Shown: piece after piece, positions 52,107-63,901 of the stretch
Layout of the letters: every line of letters starts with the position of its first letter
How positions within the stretch are numbered: the stretch's first letter is position 1
NCBI RefSeq assembly: GCF_002854065.1
Contig: NZ_CP024147.1
Direction: 5' to 3' (one strand)
Origin: Escherichia coli
GTDB lineage: Bacteria; Pseudomonadota; Gammaproteobacteria; Enterobacterales; Enterobacteriaceae
DNA length: 64,000 nucleotides
Position numbers and translations under genes: made by a program
Notes under the pieces: model-generated
Seen by the model: only the letters and a program-made list of their open reading frames with translations
Told to the model about the DNA's origin: nothing
Databases searched by the model: none

Positions 52107-53063
52107 TTACTTCCTCAACCCCGCAAACGCTGCCCGAATCTCTTCCTCCGGCAACTGAATCCCGATAAACACCATTGTGCTATGCGGTTTTTCATCGCCC
52201 CACGGGCGGTCCCAGTCGGCGCTGTAGAGGCGCTGGACGCCCTGGAACAGCAGGCGGTTAGGTTCGCCGTCAATCCACAGCATCCCTTTGTAACGCAGCA
52301 GTTTATCTGCCGATTCCAGAAGCAGGTTTTCCATCACCCGGGAAACTTCGCTGATATCTACCGGGTAATCCAGTTCCACCACAATCGACGAAATATCGTT
52401 TTGTTTATCCGCGATAAAGTGGAAACGCGGTTTGGTGCTGACGACGTTCTCTTCCAGCATAAAACCGTTGGTGTTGAACAGCAGGCCCAGGTCGATGTCG
52501 CCGTGGGTGACGGTGTAGACCGGTGCACGGGCGTTGATGCGCGCCAGGCGTTCACGCAGTTTTTCTGCTTCGCCTGCGACGTCGGTTTTGGTCAGCAGAA
52601 TACGGTCGGCGTAGCCAACCTGGGACTGGGCGATGGTGAACTGGTTCATCTGCTCGTCGGCATGTACCGCATCCACCAGCGCAATCACACCGTCCAGCAG
52701 GTAACGCTGGCATAAAATCTCATGGGAGAAAAAGGTCTGAATAATCGGGCCGGGATCGGCCATGCCGGTGCATTCAATGACCAGACGGTCAAACTGAATA
52801 TTGCCCTTGTCGAGATTATCCAGCAGGTCGAGTAGTGCGTCTTCCAGCTCGTTGGAGCGCGAACAGCAGATGCAGCCGTTGGTCAGCGTTTTGATCTGCG
52901 TGGCGCGGTCGCCAATTAGTTGATCATCAACGGAGACTTCGCCGAATTCGTTTTCAATCACGGCAATCTTGTAGCCGTGTTGTTCGTTAAGAATATGGCG
53001 CAGCAGGGTGGTTTTTCCCGCGCCTAAAAAACCGGTGAGTAGGGTAACTGCAATCGGGTTCAT
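52107..53063 (-). CDS. yjiA: COG0523 P-loop GTPase / metal chaperone
   Basis: 318 aa from MNPIAVTLLTGFLGAGKTT, matches K-12 YjiA. Confidence 0.95.
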   Translation of the reverse strand: MNPIAVTLLTGFLGAGKTTLLRHILNEQHGYKIAVIENEFGEVSVDDQLIGDRATQIKTLTNGCICCSRSNELEDALLDLLDNLDKGNIQFDRLVIECTGMADPGPIIQTFFSHEILCQRYLLDGVIALVDAVHADEQMNQFTIAQSQVGYADRILLTKTDVAGEAEKLRERLARINARAPVYTVTHGDIDLGLLFNTNGFMLEENVVSTKPRFHFIADKQNDISSIVVELDYPVDISEVSRVMENLLLESADKLLRYKGMLWIDGEPNRLLFQGVQRLYSADWDRPWGDEKPHSTMVFIGIQLPEEEIRAAFAGLRK

Positions 53064-53073
53064 GCTCTCTCCA

Positions 53074-53277
53074 TTAACAACAGCGCATACCGCCTTTACC
53101 ATCGCCGCCGTAGCGCGCGTTCTGGCGTTCGCGGAAGAATTCTTCATAGCTCATGTACGGCTTGTCGGGATGGTTGGTCTTCATATGCTCGACGTAGTTG
53201 TCGTAGTCTGGAATGCCAATCAACATCTTTGCCGCCTGGCCGAGATATTTTTTTGCCTGTCCTAAGTTACCAAACAT
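53074..53277 (-). CDS. yjiX: small DUF466 protein YjiX
   Basis: 67 aa, matches K-12 YjiX, downstream of btsT. Confidence 0.9.
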
Positions 53278-53326
53278 AGTTCACTCTGATAAGAACAAAG
53301 CCCCGCCGAAGCGGGGCTAAACACGG

Positions 53327-55477
53327 TTAGTGGTGCGAAGAGATCTTCACGCCGCCTTCCGGGATTGGAACGTACGGTGTTTCTTTGTCAGTACGTTTGT
53401 CGCTGTTACGCACCGCAAGCCAGGTTTTGAAACCGTAGAAGATGATGCTGTACACCACAATCAGGAACAGAATACTCAGGCCCGCGTTGGTGTAGTTGTT
53501 CACAACGATGTGGTTCATGTTGGCAATCTGCTGCGCCGTCAGGTCAGTACCGTTAGCAATCTTCTCTTTGTACTGGCTTGCCATGTAGAAGAAGCCTTCC
53601 ATCTGCGGGTTGGTGCTGAACAGTTTCAGACCCAGCGCCCAGGTGGTGCAGATAAGCAGCCATACAGCCGGAACAACAGTTACCCAGATGTATTGGGTGC
53701 GCTTCATCTTAATCAGCACAACGGTGCCCAGTACCAGCGCTACGGCTGCCAGCATCTGGTTGGAGATACCGAACAGCGGCCACAGGCTCTTAACGCCGCC
53801 CAGCGGATCGACCACGCCCTGATACAGCAGGTAGCCCCACAGACCCACACAGCCCGCAGTACCGATGATACCGGCAACCAGAGAGTCGGTTTTTTTCAGG
53901 AATGGGATGAAGTTACCCAGCAGGTCTTGCAGCATAAAGCGGCCAGAACGGGTACCCGCATCCAGCGCGGTCAGGATGAACAGGGCTTCGAACAGAATAC
54001 CGAAGTGATACCAGAAGCCCATGTCAGCCATCGGCAGCACTTTGTGGAACACATGAGCGATACCTACCGCCAGCGTCGGCGCACCACCTGCACGGTTCAG
54101 GACAGAAGGCTCACCAATGTCTTTCGCGGTTTGCAGGATCTGCTCTGGCGAAATCACGAAGCCCCAGGAGCTGACGGTCGCCGCCGCGTGTGCGGTAACG
54201 TCTTTCAGCTGCGCCATGATGATCGGCGCGTTCTCGCCACCCATTTCATGCAGGTTAGGCATGGTGATGCCAAGGCCCGCAGGCGGGGTATTCATCGCGA
54301 AGTAAAGACCCGGTTCGATGATGGACGCAGCAACCAGCGCCATAATCGCCACGAAGGACTCCATCAGCATTGCGCCGTAGCCAATGAAACGCGCGTCGGT
54401 TTCGTTAGCCAGCAGTTTCGGCGTCGTACCGGAAGAGATCAGCGCGTGGAAGCCAGATACCGCACCACAGGCGATGGTGATGAACAGGAACGGGAACAGA
54501 GCGCCTTTCCACAGCGGGCCAGTACCGTCAATGTACTGGGTCATCGCAGGCATTTTCAGTTCCGGGTTCAGCACCACGATACCCAGCGCCAGGCCGACGA
54601 TAACGCCGATTTTCAGGAAGGTTGCCAGATAGTCGCGCGGTGCGAGGATCAGCCACACCGGCAGCAGTGCGGAAACAAACGCATAGCCAATCAGCGCGAA
54701 GGTAATGGTGGTGTCTTTAAAGGTCAGTGCCGGACCCCAGTACGGATCGTGAGCAATCACGCCACCGAAGTAGATAGAGGCAACCAGCAGCACGATACCA
54801 ATGACAGAGACTTCACCCACACGCCCCGGACGGATAAAGCGCATGTAGATACCCATAAACAGCGCAATCGGTACGGTTGAGCAAACGGTGAAGACACCCC
54901 ACGGACTTTCGGCCAGGGCTTTAACCACAATCAGCGCCAGGACGGCGAGGATGATGATCATGATTAAGAAACAGCCAAACAGCGCGATAGTCCCCGGTAC
55001 TGGTCCCATCTCTTCTTTGATCATCTCACCAAGAGATGCGCCATTACGGCGAGAGGAGATAAACAGCACCATAAAGTCCTGAACCGCACCGGCCAGCACG
55101 ACCCCCGCCAGCAGCCACAGCGTGCCAGGCAGGTAGCCCATCTGCGCGGCGAGAACCGGACCCACCAGCGGACCAGCACCGGCGATAGCGGCGAAGTGGT
55201 GACCAAACAACACGTAACGGTTGGTCGGAACGTAGTTCAGACCGTCGTTGTTAATAACCGCAGGCGTCGCGCGCGTGGGGTCGAGTTTCATCACCTTCTG
55301 GGCGATGTACAGACTGTAGTAGCGATACGCCACCAGATACACCGACACAGAGGCGACCACGATCCACAGGGCGCTGACGTGCTCCCCCCGACGTAATGCA
55401 ACTACCGCGAGGCAGAATGCACCGATGATTCCGAGAATCACCCAGGGTATGTGCTTGAATATCTTTTTAGTATCCAT
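53327..55477 (-). CDS. btsT: pyruvate/H+ symporter (CstA family)
   Basis: 716 aa from MDTKKIFKHIPWV, matches K-12 BtsT (YjiY). Confidence 0.95.
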   Translation of the reverse strand: MDTKKIFKHIPWVILGIIGAFCLAVVALRRGEHVSALWIVVASVSVYLVAYRYYSLYIAQKVMKLDPTRATPAVINNDGLNYVPTNRYVLFGHHFAAIAGAGPLVGPVLAAQMGYLPGTLWLLAGVVLAGAVQDFMVLFISSRRNGASLGEMIKEEMGPVPGTIALFGCFLIMIIILAVLALIVVKALAESPWGVFTVCSTVPIALFMGIYMRFIRPGRVGEVSVIGIVLLVASIYFGGVIAHDPYWGPALTFKDTTITFALIGYAFVSALLPVWLILAPRDYLATFLKIGVIVGLALGIVVLNPELKMPAMTQYIDGTGPLWKGALFPFLFITIACGAVSGFHALISSGTTPKLLANETDARFIGYGAMLMESFVAIMALVAASIIEPGLYFAMNTPPAGLGITMPNLHEMGGENAPIIMAQLKDVTAHAAATVSSWGFVISPEQILQTAKDIGEPSVLNRAGGAPTLAVGIAHVFHKVLPMADMGFWYHFGILFEALFILTALDAGTRSGRFMLQDLLGNFIPFLKKTDSLVAGIIGTAGCVGLWGYLLYQGVVDPLGGVKSLWPLFGISNQMLAAVALVLGTVVLIKMKRTQYIWVTVVPAVWLLICTTWALGLKLFSTNPQMEGFFYMASQYKEKIANGTDLTAQQIANMNHIVVNNYTNAGLSILFLIVVYSIIFYGFKTWLAVRNSDKRTDKETPYVPIPEGGVKISSHH

Positions 55478-55633
55478 AGTAAAACCTGGCATGTATTGAT
55501 TAATAGTTGGCCGAAGCCGTTCTAGGTTTGCGTTGCGTTTGAGGAGGTAAATTGACCGCTATCCTGTAGTGATGTTGCCAGAGTTACGCGCGCGTAAAGT
55601 AAGGTAAATAACTGAGTGGTTATTTTAGGGATG

Positions 55634-55661
55634 TAAGCGGTCAGTTTTGCGGTTGAGCGGC
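55634..55661 (-). promoter_or_regulatory. candidate BtsR (YehT) binding repeat upstream of btsT
   Basis: On the - strand, GCCGCTCA-12 nt-ACCGCTTA resembles the reported ACC[G/T]CT[C/T]A direct repeat of the yjiY promoter. Confidence 0.4.
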
Positions 55662-55853
55662 AAAGGCGTCGTTTAAGTGACGATAAATATGTGATTCATA
55701 TCACATATTTATATTGTGAGTAATTTATGTAAATAATGGCTTTTTAAATTCAGAGTGTGAATAAAATTACTCGGCGTAATCTCCGCGGGATATTCATAAA
55801 GTTTTTCCTTTCCTGGCCGAAAATCTTGCATCGGTCCACAGGAAAGAGAAACC

Positions 55854-57518
55854 ATGTTAAAACGTATCAAAATTGTGACCAGCTTACTGCTGGTTTTGGC
55901 CGTTTTTGGCCTTTTACAACTGACATCAGGCGGTCTGTTCTTTAATGCCTTAAAGAATGACAAAGAAAATTTCACTGTTTTACAAACCATTCGCCAGCAG
56001 CAATCCACGCTGAATGGCAGCTGGGTCGCGTTGTTGCAGACGCGTAACACCCTCAACCGCGCGGGTATCCGCTACATGATGGATCAGAATAATATTGGTA
56101 GCGGTTCAACCGTTGCTGAGCTGATGGAGAGTGCCAGTATTTCGCTGAAACAGGCGGAAAAAAACTGGGCGGATTACGAAGCGTTGCCGCGTGACCCGCG
56201 TCAGAGCACCGCCGCAGCGGCAGAGATCAAACGTAATTACGATATTTATCACAATGCGCTGGCGGAGCTGATCCAACTGTTAGGTGCAGGCAAAATCAAC
56301 GAGTTCTTTGATCAGCCGACCCAGGGATATCAGGACGGTTTCGAGAAGCAGTATGTGGCTTACATGGAGCAAAACGATCGGCTCTATGATATCGCCGTCA
56401 GCGATAATAATGCCTCCTACAGCCAGGCGATGTGGATTCTGGTGGGCGTGATGATCGTCGTACTGGCAGTCATCTTCGCCGTCTGGTTCGGTATTAAAGC
56501 CTCGTTGGTAGCGCCAATGAATCGCCTGATTGACAGCATTCGTCATATTGCAGGCGGCGATCTGGTGAAACCGATTGAGGTGGATGGCTCTAATGAGATG
56601 GGGCAACTGGCAGAGAGTTTGCGCCATATGCAGGGAGAGCTGATGCGTACCGTCGGTGATGTGCGCAACGGGGCCAATGCCATCTATAGCGGTGCCAGCG
56701 AAATCGCTACCGGCAATAACGATCTCTCTTCGCGCACCGAGCAACAGGCCGCTTCGCTGGAAGAGACGGCAGCCAGCATGGAGCAACTGACCGCAACGGT
56801 GAAACAGAACGCCGAAAATGCGCGCCAGGCCAGCCACCTGGCGTTAAGTGCTTCTGAAACGGCGCAACGCGGCGGCAAAGTGGTAGATAACGTGGTGCAG
56901 ACTATGCGCGATATCTCCACCAGTTCGCAGAAAATCGCCGATATTATCAGCGTAATTGACGGCATTGCCTTCCAGACCAATATTCTGGCTTTGAACGCGG
57001 CGGTTGAAGCAGCGCGCGCGGGTGAGCAAGGGCGCGGTTTTGCGGTGGTCGCGGGTGAAGTGCGTAATCTGGCCCAGCGCAGCGCTCAGGCGGCTCGTGA
57101 AATTAAAAGCCTGATTGAAGACTCGGTGGGGAAAGTAGATGTTGGCTCTACGCTGGTCGAAAGCGCAGGGGAAACAATGGCGGAGATTGTCAGTGCCGTG
57201 ACCCGCGTGACGGACATTATGGGCGAAATTGCTTCTGCTTCTGATGAGCAGAGCCGTGGTATCGATCAGGTTGGCTTAGCGGTTGCTGAGATGGACCGGG
57301 TAACTCAACAGAACGCTGCGCTGGTGGAAGAATCTGCCGCTGCCGCCGCCGCGCTGGAAGAGCAGGCCAGTCGCCTGACCGAAGCTGTGGCAGTGTTCCG
57401 GATTCAGCAACAGCAGCAACAGCAGCGTGAAACATCGGCTGTGGTAAAAAACGTGACGCCAGCTACGCCGCGTAAAATGGCAGTGGCAGATAGCGGGGAG
57501 AACTGGGAAACGTTTTAA
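55854..57518 (+). CDS. tsr: serine chemoreceptor (MCP I)
   Basis: 554 aa with HAMP and MCP signalling domains and a C-terminal NWETF pentapeptide. Matches K-12 Tsr except for a longer Gln run. Confidence 0.95.
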   Translation: MLKRIKIVTSLLLVLAVFGLLQLTSGGLFFNALKNDKENFTVLQTIRQQQSTLNGSWVALLQTRNTLNRAGIRYMMDQNNIGSGSTVAELMESASISLKQAEKNWADYEALPRDPRQSTAAAAEIKRNYDIYHNALAELIQLLGAGKINEFFDQPTQGYQDGFEKQYVAYMEQNDRLYDIAVSDNNASYSQAMWILVGVMIVVLAVIFAVWFGIKASLVAPMNRLIDSIRHIAGGDLVKPIEVDGSNEMGQLAESLRHMQGELMRTVGDVRNGANAIYSGASEIATGNNDLSSRTEQQAASLEETAASMEQLTATVKQNAENARQASHLALSASETAQRGGKVVDNVVQTMRDISTSSQKIADIISVIDGIAFQTNILALNAAVEAARAGEQGRGFAVVAGEVRNLAQRSAQAAREIKSLIEDSVGKVDVGSTLVESAGETMAEIVSAVTRVTDIMGEIASASDEQSRGIDQVGLAVAEMDRVTQQNAALVEESAAAAAALEEQASRLTEAVAVFRIQQQQQQQRETSAVVKNVTPATPRKMAVADSGENWETF

Positions 57519-57566
57519 TCGCCATAAAAATGCCCGATAAGCAAAATGTTATCGGGCATAGGGAGT

Positions 57567-58928
57567 TTAATCTTTACGCGGGTCGTTGATCGGCTGACGA
57601 ACCAGGAAGATGTACGCCAGTGCTCCCGCTGCGGTGACGCAACCGCAGATGATTAGTGCCAGACGGAATGAGTGGGTGGTATCAACAATAAAACCAGTAA
57701 TGATCGGCGCAAAAGAGGCGCAGATGAAGCTGGCAAAGTTCTGGATACTGCCCACCGACGCCGTCATGCGAGAAGCAACTGCGACGTGGATCAAGCCCCA
57801 GCAGGATGTTCCGGCAAAGTGAATACAGAACAGTGCCATGCCAATCAGCAGAACCGCCGTCATGGATGTTGTCGCTTGCGGTACGACCAGCGTAAAGGCG
57901 GCAGAACAGAACATCCCGGCAATAATGCAGATCTTACGGCTTTTAATCGGAGCCATTCCCCCTTTGACCAGCCAGTCAGTAACGTAACCGTTGACCAGCA
58001 TCCCGGCAGCCCCAAACAGGAAAGGGATAGCCGCCATCAACCCTGTGCTTTTTAAATCCAGGTTATAGGCTGTTTGCAGGTAACCAGGAAGCCAGGCCAG
58101 ATACAGCCACGCAGTGTAGTTGATGCCACTGAATCCGAGCATCATTCCCCACATTGTGCGGTTACGGAACAGGCTGCGCCATTCGGCAAAACTGAGCGGA
58201 TCTCGGCGGGCATTGACGCTACCTGCATTGAGATAAGCTTGTTCAACGGCAGTCAGTTCTACGTGCTCGCGGTTGCGATAGAGCATATACCAGCCAATGG
58301 CGAGAAAAATCCCCAGCACACCAATGGTAATAAACATCCCACGCCAGCCCATCACCAGCATCATCGCCGCCAGAATCGGTGGGCTTACGGCAACGCCAAT
58401 GGTAGAAGCTGCGTTGAAGAAGCCCATCGGGCGTCCGCGCTCTTTGATGTTGAACCAGTCGTTAATGACTTTTACGCCACATGGGTTCATCGGCGCTTCA
58501 CCAATCCCCATACCGATACGCACCAACACGAACTGCGTAAAGCTGTGCACCATGCCAGACATGGCCTGGAACAGTGACCAGAAGAACATCCCCAGTCCCA
58601 GCATCAGGCGTGGGCCTTTACGATCCAATAGTGGGCCGCAAGGAAGTTGCGCAATCCCGTAAGCGAGTGAAAACACGGAGAGCAAAGCGCCGATTTCGGT
58701 GGCACTTAATCCCAATTCTTCACGAATCGTTAAATTTGCTACCGACAGCGAACTGCGGTCGAGATAATTGATTACCGCCGCAAAAAATAATAACAACATG
58801 GCGGTGGTTTGAATGCGTTTAATTCGGGTACTGCGTTGAACTAATCCATCTGGTGGCACGGGAATATCTGCCGACGAAGATGGAGTAAATGAAGAACGCG
58901 GATCGAGGGTGATATTTTCTTTTTCCAC
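57567..58928 (-). CDS. lgoT: L-galactonate:H+ symporter (MFS)
   Basis: 453 aa, matches K-12 LgoT (YjjL). Confidence 0.9.
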   Translation of the reverse strand: MEKENITLDPRSSFTPSSSADIPVPPDGLVQRSTRIKRIQTTAMLLLFFAAVINYLDRSSLSVANLTIREELGLSATEIGALLSVFSLAYGIAQLPCGPLLDRKGPRLMLGLGMFFWSLFQAMSGMVHSFTQFVLVRIGMGIGEAPMNPCGVKVINDWFNIKERGRPMGFFNAASTIGVAVSPPILAAMMLVMGWRGMFITIGVLGIFLAIGWYMLYRNREHVELTAVEQAYLNAGSVNARRDPLSFAEWRSLFRNRTMWGMMLGFSGINYTAWLYLAWLPGYLQTAYNLDLKSTGLMAAIPFLFGAAGMLVNGYVTDWLVKGGMAPIKSRKICIIAGMFCSAAFTLVVPQATTSMTAVLLIGMALFCIHFAGTSCWGLIHVAVASRMTASVGSIQNFASFICASFAPIITGFIVDTTHSFRLALIICGCVTAAGALAYIFLVRQPINDPRKD

Positions 58929-59141
58929 GCCGGACTCCTGTATTTATAATTTTAATTGTTTACGTAATTGTGCATTACGCAAGGTTGACATTAACGGCAG
59001 GTTAAAGTTTTAGGACTTTACTACCGCTCACAAAAACATTTTTAGTCGACTGATTGTGAGCATAGGTAAGCGGGAATTTCCCGGTATTTATCTTTTGATA
59101 AAACCGTGCACCGCTAATAGTTTGCTGTTTTTAATCCGTAC

Positions 59142-60056
59142 TTAATGAGCATAACGCGTGTTCTCATTAATGGATCGAATCATTGATTGTTTAGCTGAAT
59201 TCAAATGGTTACGGAGCGCAAGGGTGGCATCAAGGTCACTGCGGCAAATCAGAGCGCTGAGAATGGTCATATGCTCATCGACGGCAATGATATTGCGCTG
59301 TTTAAGATCGCTTTCGTCCCATTGATAGTGAAAATGAAAGATGACTGAGATGATCTCAAGAGATTGATCAAAAAAGATATTGTCGGCAGCTGAAAGCAGT
59401 AAGGAGTGAAAATCTCTGTCAAGTTGCGAGAACATGCGAAAGCTATTGCCGATGTTGTCACGCAGTAGCCGATGACGTTCGAGCATGGTTTTCGCCTGCA
59501 GCCAGCGGGGATCATGATCAGGCAGGTTGAGAAAGTGCTGAAGTGAATGTGTTTCGAGCATTTCGCGTAGTTCAAACAGCTGCTCGGCGTAGGATTGATC
59601 GAATTGCTTCATGCTCCACTGGCCGCGCTTTTCGCTTTGAATAAGATTATAACGGCCGAATTTTAAAAGATATTCTCTTACTACAACCGGGCTGACACCC
59701 GCGGGCCGAGCCAGTTGCAGTTCAGAAAAAGTTTCCCCAGGGCGTAACTGGCGCTGGTTTATCATCGTGAAAAAAGCCTGCTCAAACACTTTGTTTTGTT
59801 CACTCATTGAAGCGGTAGTACAGGCGAAACCGTCATCATGGTCAGGTTTACGCGCAATCACATAGTCGTTTCCAACCTGCGTTAAGACGCCGCATTCGCG
59901 TAAGTGGCTGAGAATATGACGCACTGTAGTGCGGCTGATGTTGTACATTTCCGCCAGCGCACTTTGCGATGGAAGTGGGGAAGGGATATGACCCCGCACC
60001 ATATCATCAATGACCTGGTTAATCACATTGTGGCGTAAATTTTGTGAACGACTCAT
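59142..60056 (-). CDS. lgoR: GntR-type regulator of L-galactonate utilisation
   Basis: 304 aa, matches K-12 LgoR (YjjM). Confidence 0.9.
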   Translation of the reverse strand: MSRSQNLRHNVINQVIDDMVRGHIPSPLPSQSALAEMYNISRTTVRHILSHLRECGVLTQVGNDYVIARKPDHDDGFACTTASMSEQNKVFEQAFFTMINQRQLRPGETFSELQLARPAGVSPVVVREYLLKFGRYNLIQSEKRGQWSMKQFDQSYAEQLFELREMLETHSLQHFLNLPDHDPRWLQAKTMLERHRLLRDNIGNSFRMFSQLDRDFHSLLLSAADNIFFDQSLEIISVIFHFHYQWDESDLKQRNIIAVDEHMTILSALICRSDLDATLALRNHLNSAKQSMIRSINENTRYAH

Positions 60057-60194
60057 ATTTTCCTCCTTGTGAGTCCATTAAAACCCGATTTAAAACATTT
60101 TTATGCGTGTGTTTTCACAAAACAGATTTTCCGTTCCGCTGCCATTTTTCATTTTTATTGATATCTAAGGCAACAAAAAATGGAGAGCCGAATC

Positions 60195-61217
60195 ATGTCT
60201 ACGATGAATGTTTTAATTTGCCAGCAGCCGAAAGAATTAGTCTGGAAACAACGCGAGATACCTATTCCGGGTGACAATGAAGCATTAATAAAAATTAAGT
60301 CTGTCGGGATTTGTGGTACCGATATTCATGCCTGGGGTGGAAATCAACCATTTTTTAGTTATCCACGTGTTTTAGGCCATGAAATATGTGGGGAGATTGT
60401 TGGGCTGGGTAAAAATATTGCTGATCTTAAAAATGGTCAGCAAGTTGCTGTGATCCCTTATGTTGCCTGTCAGCAATGCCCGGCGTGTAAAAGCGGGCGT
60501 ACCAATTGCTGTGAAAAAATTTCAGTCATTGGCGTGCATCAGGATGGCGGTTTTAGTGAGTATTTGAGCGTGCCGGTGGCGAACATTTTGCCCGCAGACG
60601 GTATTGACCCGCAGGCGGCAGCATTGATTGAACCTTTCGCTATTAGCGCTCATGCGGTGCGTCGCGCAGCCATTGCTCCCGGCGAGCAGGTGCTGGTGGT
60701 CGGGGCGGGGCCAATCGGTCTGGGCGCGGCGGCAATCGCTAAAGCCGATGGCGCACAGGTGGTGGTGGCGGATACCAGTCCGGCGCGCCGTGAACATGTG
60801 GCAACGCGTCTGGAATTACCTTTACTGGACCCGTCAGCCGAAGATTTTGACGCGCAGCTACGGGCGCAGTTTGGTGGTTCGCTGGCGCAGAAAGTGATCG
60901 ACGCGACAGGTAATCAACATGCGATGAATAACACCGTGAATTTGATTCGTCACGGCGGCACGGTGGTATTTGTCGGCCTGTTTAAAGGTGAGTTGCAGTT
61001 CTCCGATCCGGAATTCCATAAAAAAGAAACGACGATGATGGGCAGCCGCAACGCCACGCCGGAAGATTTTGCTAAAGTCGGTCGACTGATGGCGGAAGGA
61101 AAAATCACTGCCGACATGATGTTAACCCATCGCTATCCGTTCGCCACGCTGGCAGAAACCTACGAGCGCGATGTGATTAACAATCGTGAGTTGATTAAGG
61201 GTGTAATTACTTTCTGA
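60195..61217 (+). CDS. lgoD: L-galactonate-5-dehydrogenase (Zn-dependent ADH family)
   Basis: 340 aa from MSTMNVLICQQPKE, matches K-12 LgoD (YjjN). Confidence 0.9.
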   Translation: MSTMNVLICQQPKELVWKQREIPIPGDNEALIKIKSVGICGTDIHAWGGNQPFFSYPRVLGHEICGEIVGLGKNIADLKNGQQVAVIPYVACQQCPACKSGRTNCCEKISVIGVHQDGGFSEYLSVPVANILPADGIDPQAAALIEPFAISAHAVRRAAIAPGEQVLVVGAGPIGLGAAAIAKADGAQVVVADTSPARREHVATRLELPLLDPSAEDFDAQLRAQFGGSLAQKVIDATGNQHAMNNTVNLIRHGGTVVFVGLFKGELQFSDPEFHKKETTMMGSRNATPEDFAKVGRLMAEGKITADMMLTHRYPFATLAETYERDVINNRELIKGVITF

Positions 61218-61312
61218 TAAGGCGAGATTATTAAAGTTGCCATGCAGCGTCCGGGGAAGTGTTGGGCGCTGTTTTTTTTCTGTTTCTCAATGATGTTTTG
61301 TAGGCCGGAGAA

Positions 61313-61347
61313 GATGTGTAGGTCGCACCTTATGCGACCTACACATC
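61313..61347. terminator. perfect 15-bp hairpin (REP-like / bidirectional terminator) between lgoD and opgB
   Basis: GATGTGTAGGTCGCA-CCTTA-TGCGACCTACACATC. Confidence 0.5.
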
Positions 61348-61356
61348 AGTCAGAAA

Positions 61357-63648
61357 TTACCCTTCACGTTCCACAACTTTAATTTCCACCATGCCGATCC
61401 CGAGCTTACGCGGAGAGTGTCCGAGGATATTCCCTTCGTTGGTTGAGACAGGTTCCGGCGGCACAATTACCAGTGTGTCGGCATCGGTTGGGTTATCGAA
61501 ATGCAGTGTGGTGGTGGTCACTTCATTGCCCAGCACAAGAGTTTGTTCTTCATTGCCTACGCGTACCGGAATAGGACGGCTGGCGTTATTGCCGTATGCT
61601 TTGGCGGTAATCACCAGGTCAAATTTCTTCGGCAGCGGATGCTTGTACTCGATTTTTACTTCATCGCCCAGCTGCGCGTTGGACCAGCGGCCCCACGACT
61701 CTGGACGGGAAATCCCACTAAACTGTTTCACCTCTTCTGGCGCACCGGCGACGTTGAAGATGAAACTGTCGGCTTTGTAGCGAATATCGTTATCAACAAT
61801 TTTCAGCGTATCGACATTGCCTTTATAACGCGCCATGTCGATGACCGTATCTTTAAATGCCGTTTTGCCCTGCCATGTTGTTTTGTCAACATGCTGAACA
61901 ATTTGCTGACCGCCAAGCTGCCCTTGCGAGACACACCAGTCGGTGGAGAGTGCCAGTTCCGGAGCCCAGAGTTGTGCCATCTTATAGCAACGGTCAACCC
62001 AGACGAAATTGTCGCGTGGAGCGAAATCGGCCAGCTGGAAACGCAGCGGTGCTGAGTATTCGCTTTCCGGCAGCGGTTCCACGCGTTTGTCTGAAACCCG
62101 CAACAGCAGTGGCAAACGGAAATGGCTACCCGAGAAGGCAATCATGTTTTTCTGCTGGTCGATGGTGAACTCTTTCATCTCTTTAGGGAATTTCCACAGG
62201 CGGATGATATCCGGCTTCCACGCCAATGTTTTCTCTTTGATATTGAGGAAGATTTCCGACATTGACTGCCCGGATAAACTGCTACGACCAAGTCCGAGAT
62301 AGTTATCGCCACCGAGAATGTCCAGCACCGTCGCGCCGTTATCCATCGTGTTACGCTTCACTGCCAGCGTCTCTTGCTGCGGCTTGTCGCCACGAATGAC
62401 AAAAAACAGGTTATTGCGATCCTGCTTATTAAGGTATTTCCACGCCGTGTTGTTCATCGCTAAATGGTCAGAAGAGACGACGATGACGGTATCTTTAAAC
62501 CACGGTGACGCTTTGATTTTGTTGATAAACGCCGCGATATTCTCCTGGCTGCAACTTACCGCGCTGAATGACTGGTTCGGCTTACCGTCAAAATCATATT
62601 TTTTGCGGTTACAGGTACGCGAGATAAAACCATCCGGGTGATGGGTATCGACTGTCAGGGTAAACAGTGAGAATCGCTGACCTGAGCGGGAAAGCTCTTC
62701 AAACTTTTTCCACGCTTCATCGAGAACGGTATCGTCGTAGAATCCCCAGTCGTTGCGATAGTGCGGGTCGGCCACCACGCTTTTCAGCTCTTCTGAGCCG
62801 TATAAGTGGTCGAAGCCATGCGACTTCAGGAACACATCTTTACCGGCAAAACGCAGATTCGCGCCCTGCACGAAATAGTTCTGATAACCCGAGTTTTTCA
62901 GGATATCGCCCAGACAGATGTTCTGCGGGAAGAAGCTGGAGACAGAGGCGGAGGCGTTGCCTTCAAAGGGGGCAAACAGCGGTATGCCGCACTGAGAAGC
63001 CACCATGCCCGCAATCGTGTAATCCGTTCCTGGCAGCTGCTGCGTGTGGCTGAAATCCAGGCCTTCATTTTTCAACGCGCCCAGTTCAGGCGTGAGATCC
63101 GGGAAAGCTTCGTTATCAAAATAGGTCCGCTCGAGACTTTCGCCGTAGATATAAACCAGGTTGAGTTTCGGGTCAGGGATAGTTTTCGACGGCTCTTTAT
63201 AATAAGCCGCAAAGTCCGGGTCGCCATCGCGTGACTGGGATTTCACCAGTTCCGTTATCTGACGAAATGCCGGGCTGGCATCCACTGAACCCAGCGCCAG
63301 TAAGAGTGCCAGCAGGCTGTAACCAAAATGGTGCGGATGATGGCGACGACGGCGCAGGATCCAGCCCAGCGCACCGAACACCGCCGTCAGCCCCAGCACA
63401 ATGCCGATACCCGGAAGAATGTATTTGCTGACACCAGCACCGGTCAGGCTGTTGGTTAAGGTATAGAGAACCGCGTCGTTAATACCATCGCCAGTAAAAT
63501 AGTCGCTGGCAAACAGGGTGATATTTAAAACGACAAATAGCCCCAGCACCGTTAACGTGGCTGCAAACCACCAGGTGTTACGTCCCGCTTTCCATGCGTA
63601 AATCAGCACAGAGGCGAGAAAAAGGGCGAAAGAGAGTAGTTCTGACAA
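61357..63648 (-). CDS. opgB: phosphoglycerol transferase I (OPG biosynthesis)
   Basis: 763 aa, matches K-12 OpgB (MdoB). Confidence 0.95.
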
Positions 63649-63901
63649 CGGGCGATCCTCACTAAACCGGGCCGTTTAGCCAACGTTTAAGCTTTTTGAG
63701 AAGCACAATGTAATGGCGTCGCCATATTGCTGCAATTCTAGTGTCAAAAAAATGCGATGTTGTTAGGAATTAGTTTATAAACAGACTTTTTTGATTACGG
63801 TCGCTTCCCGTGTAACAGGGGGAAAACCGTCCAGGAGCAGGGAAAAGGGCAGGAGAGAGCCGCGTCAGCCGGGTAACAGCTAAAACGCGGCGTTTCGCGG
63901 T

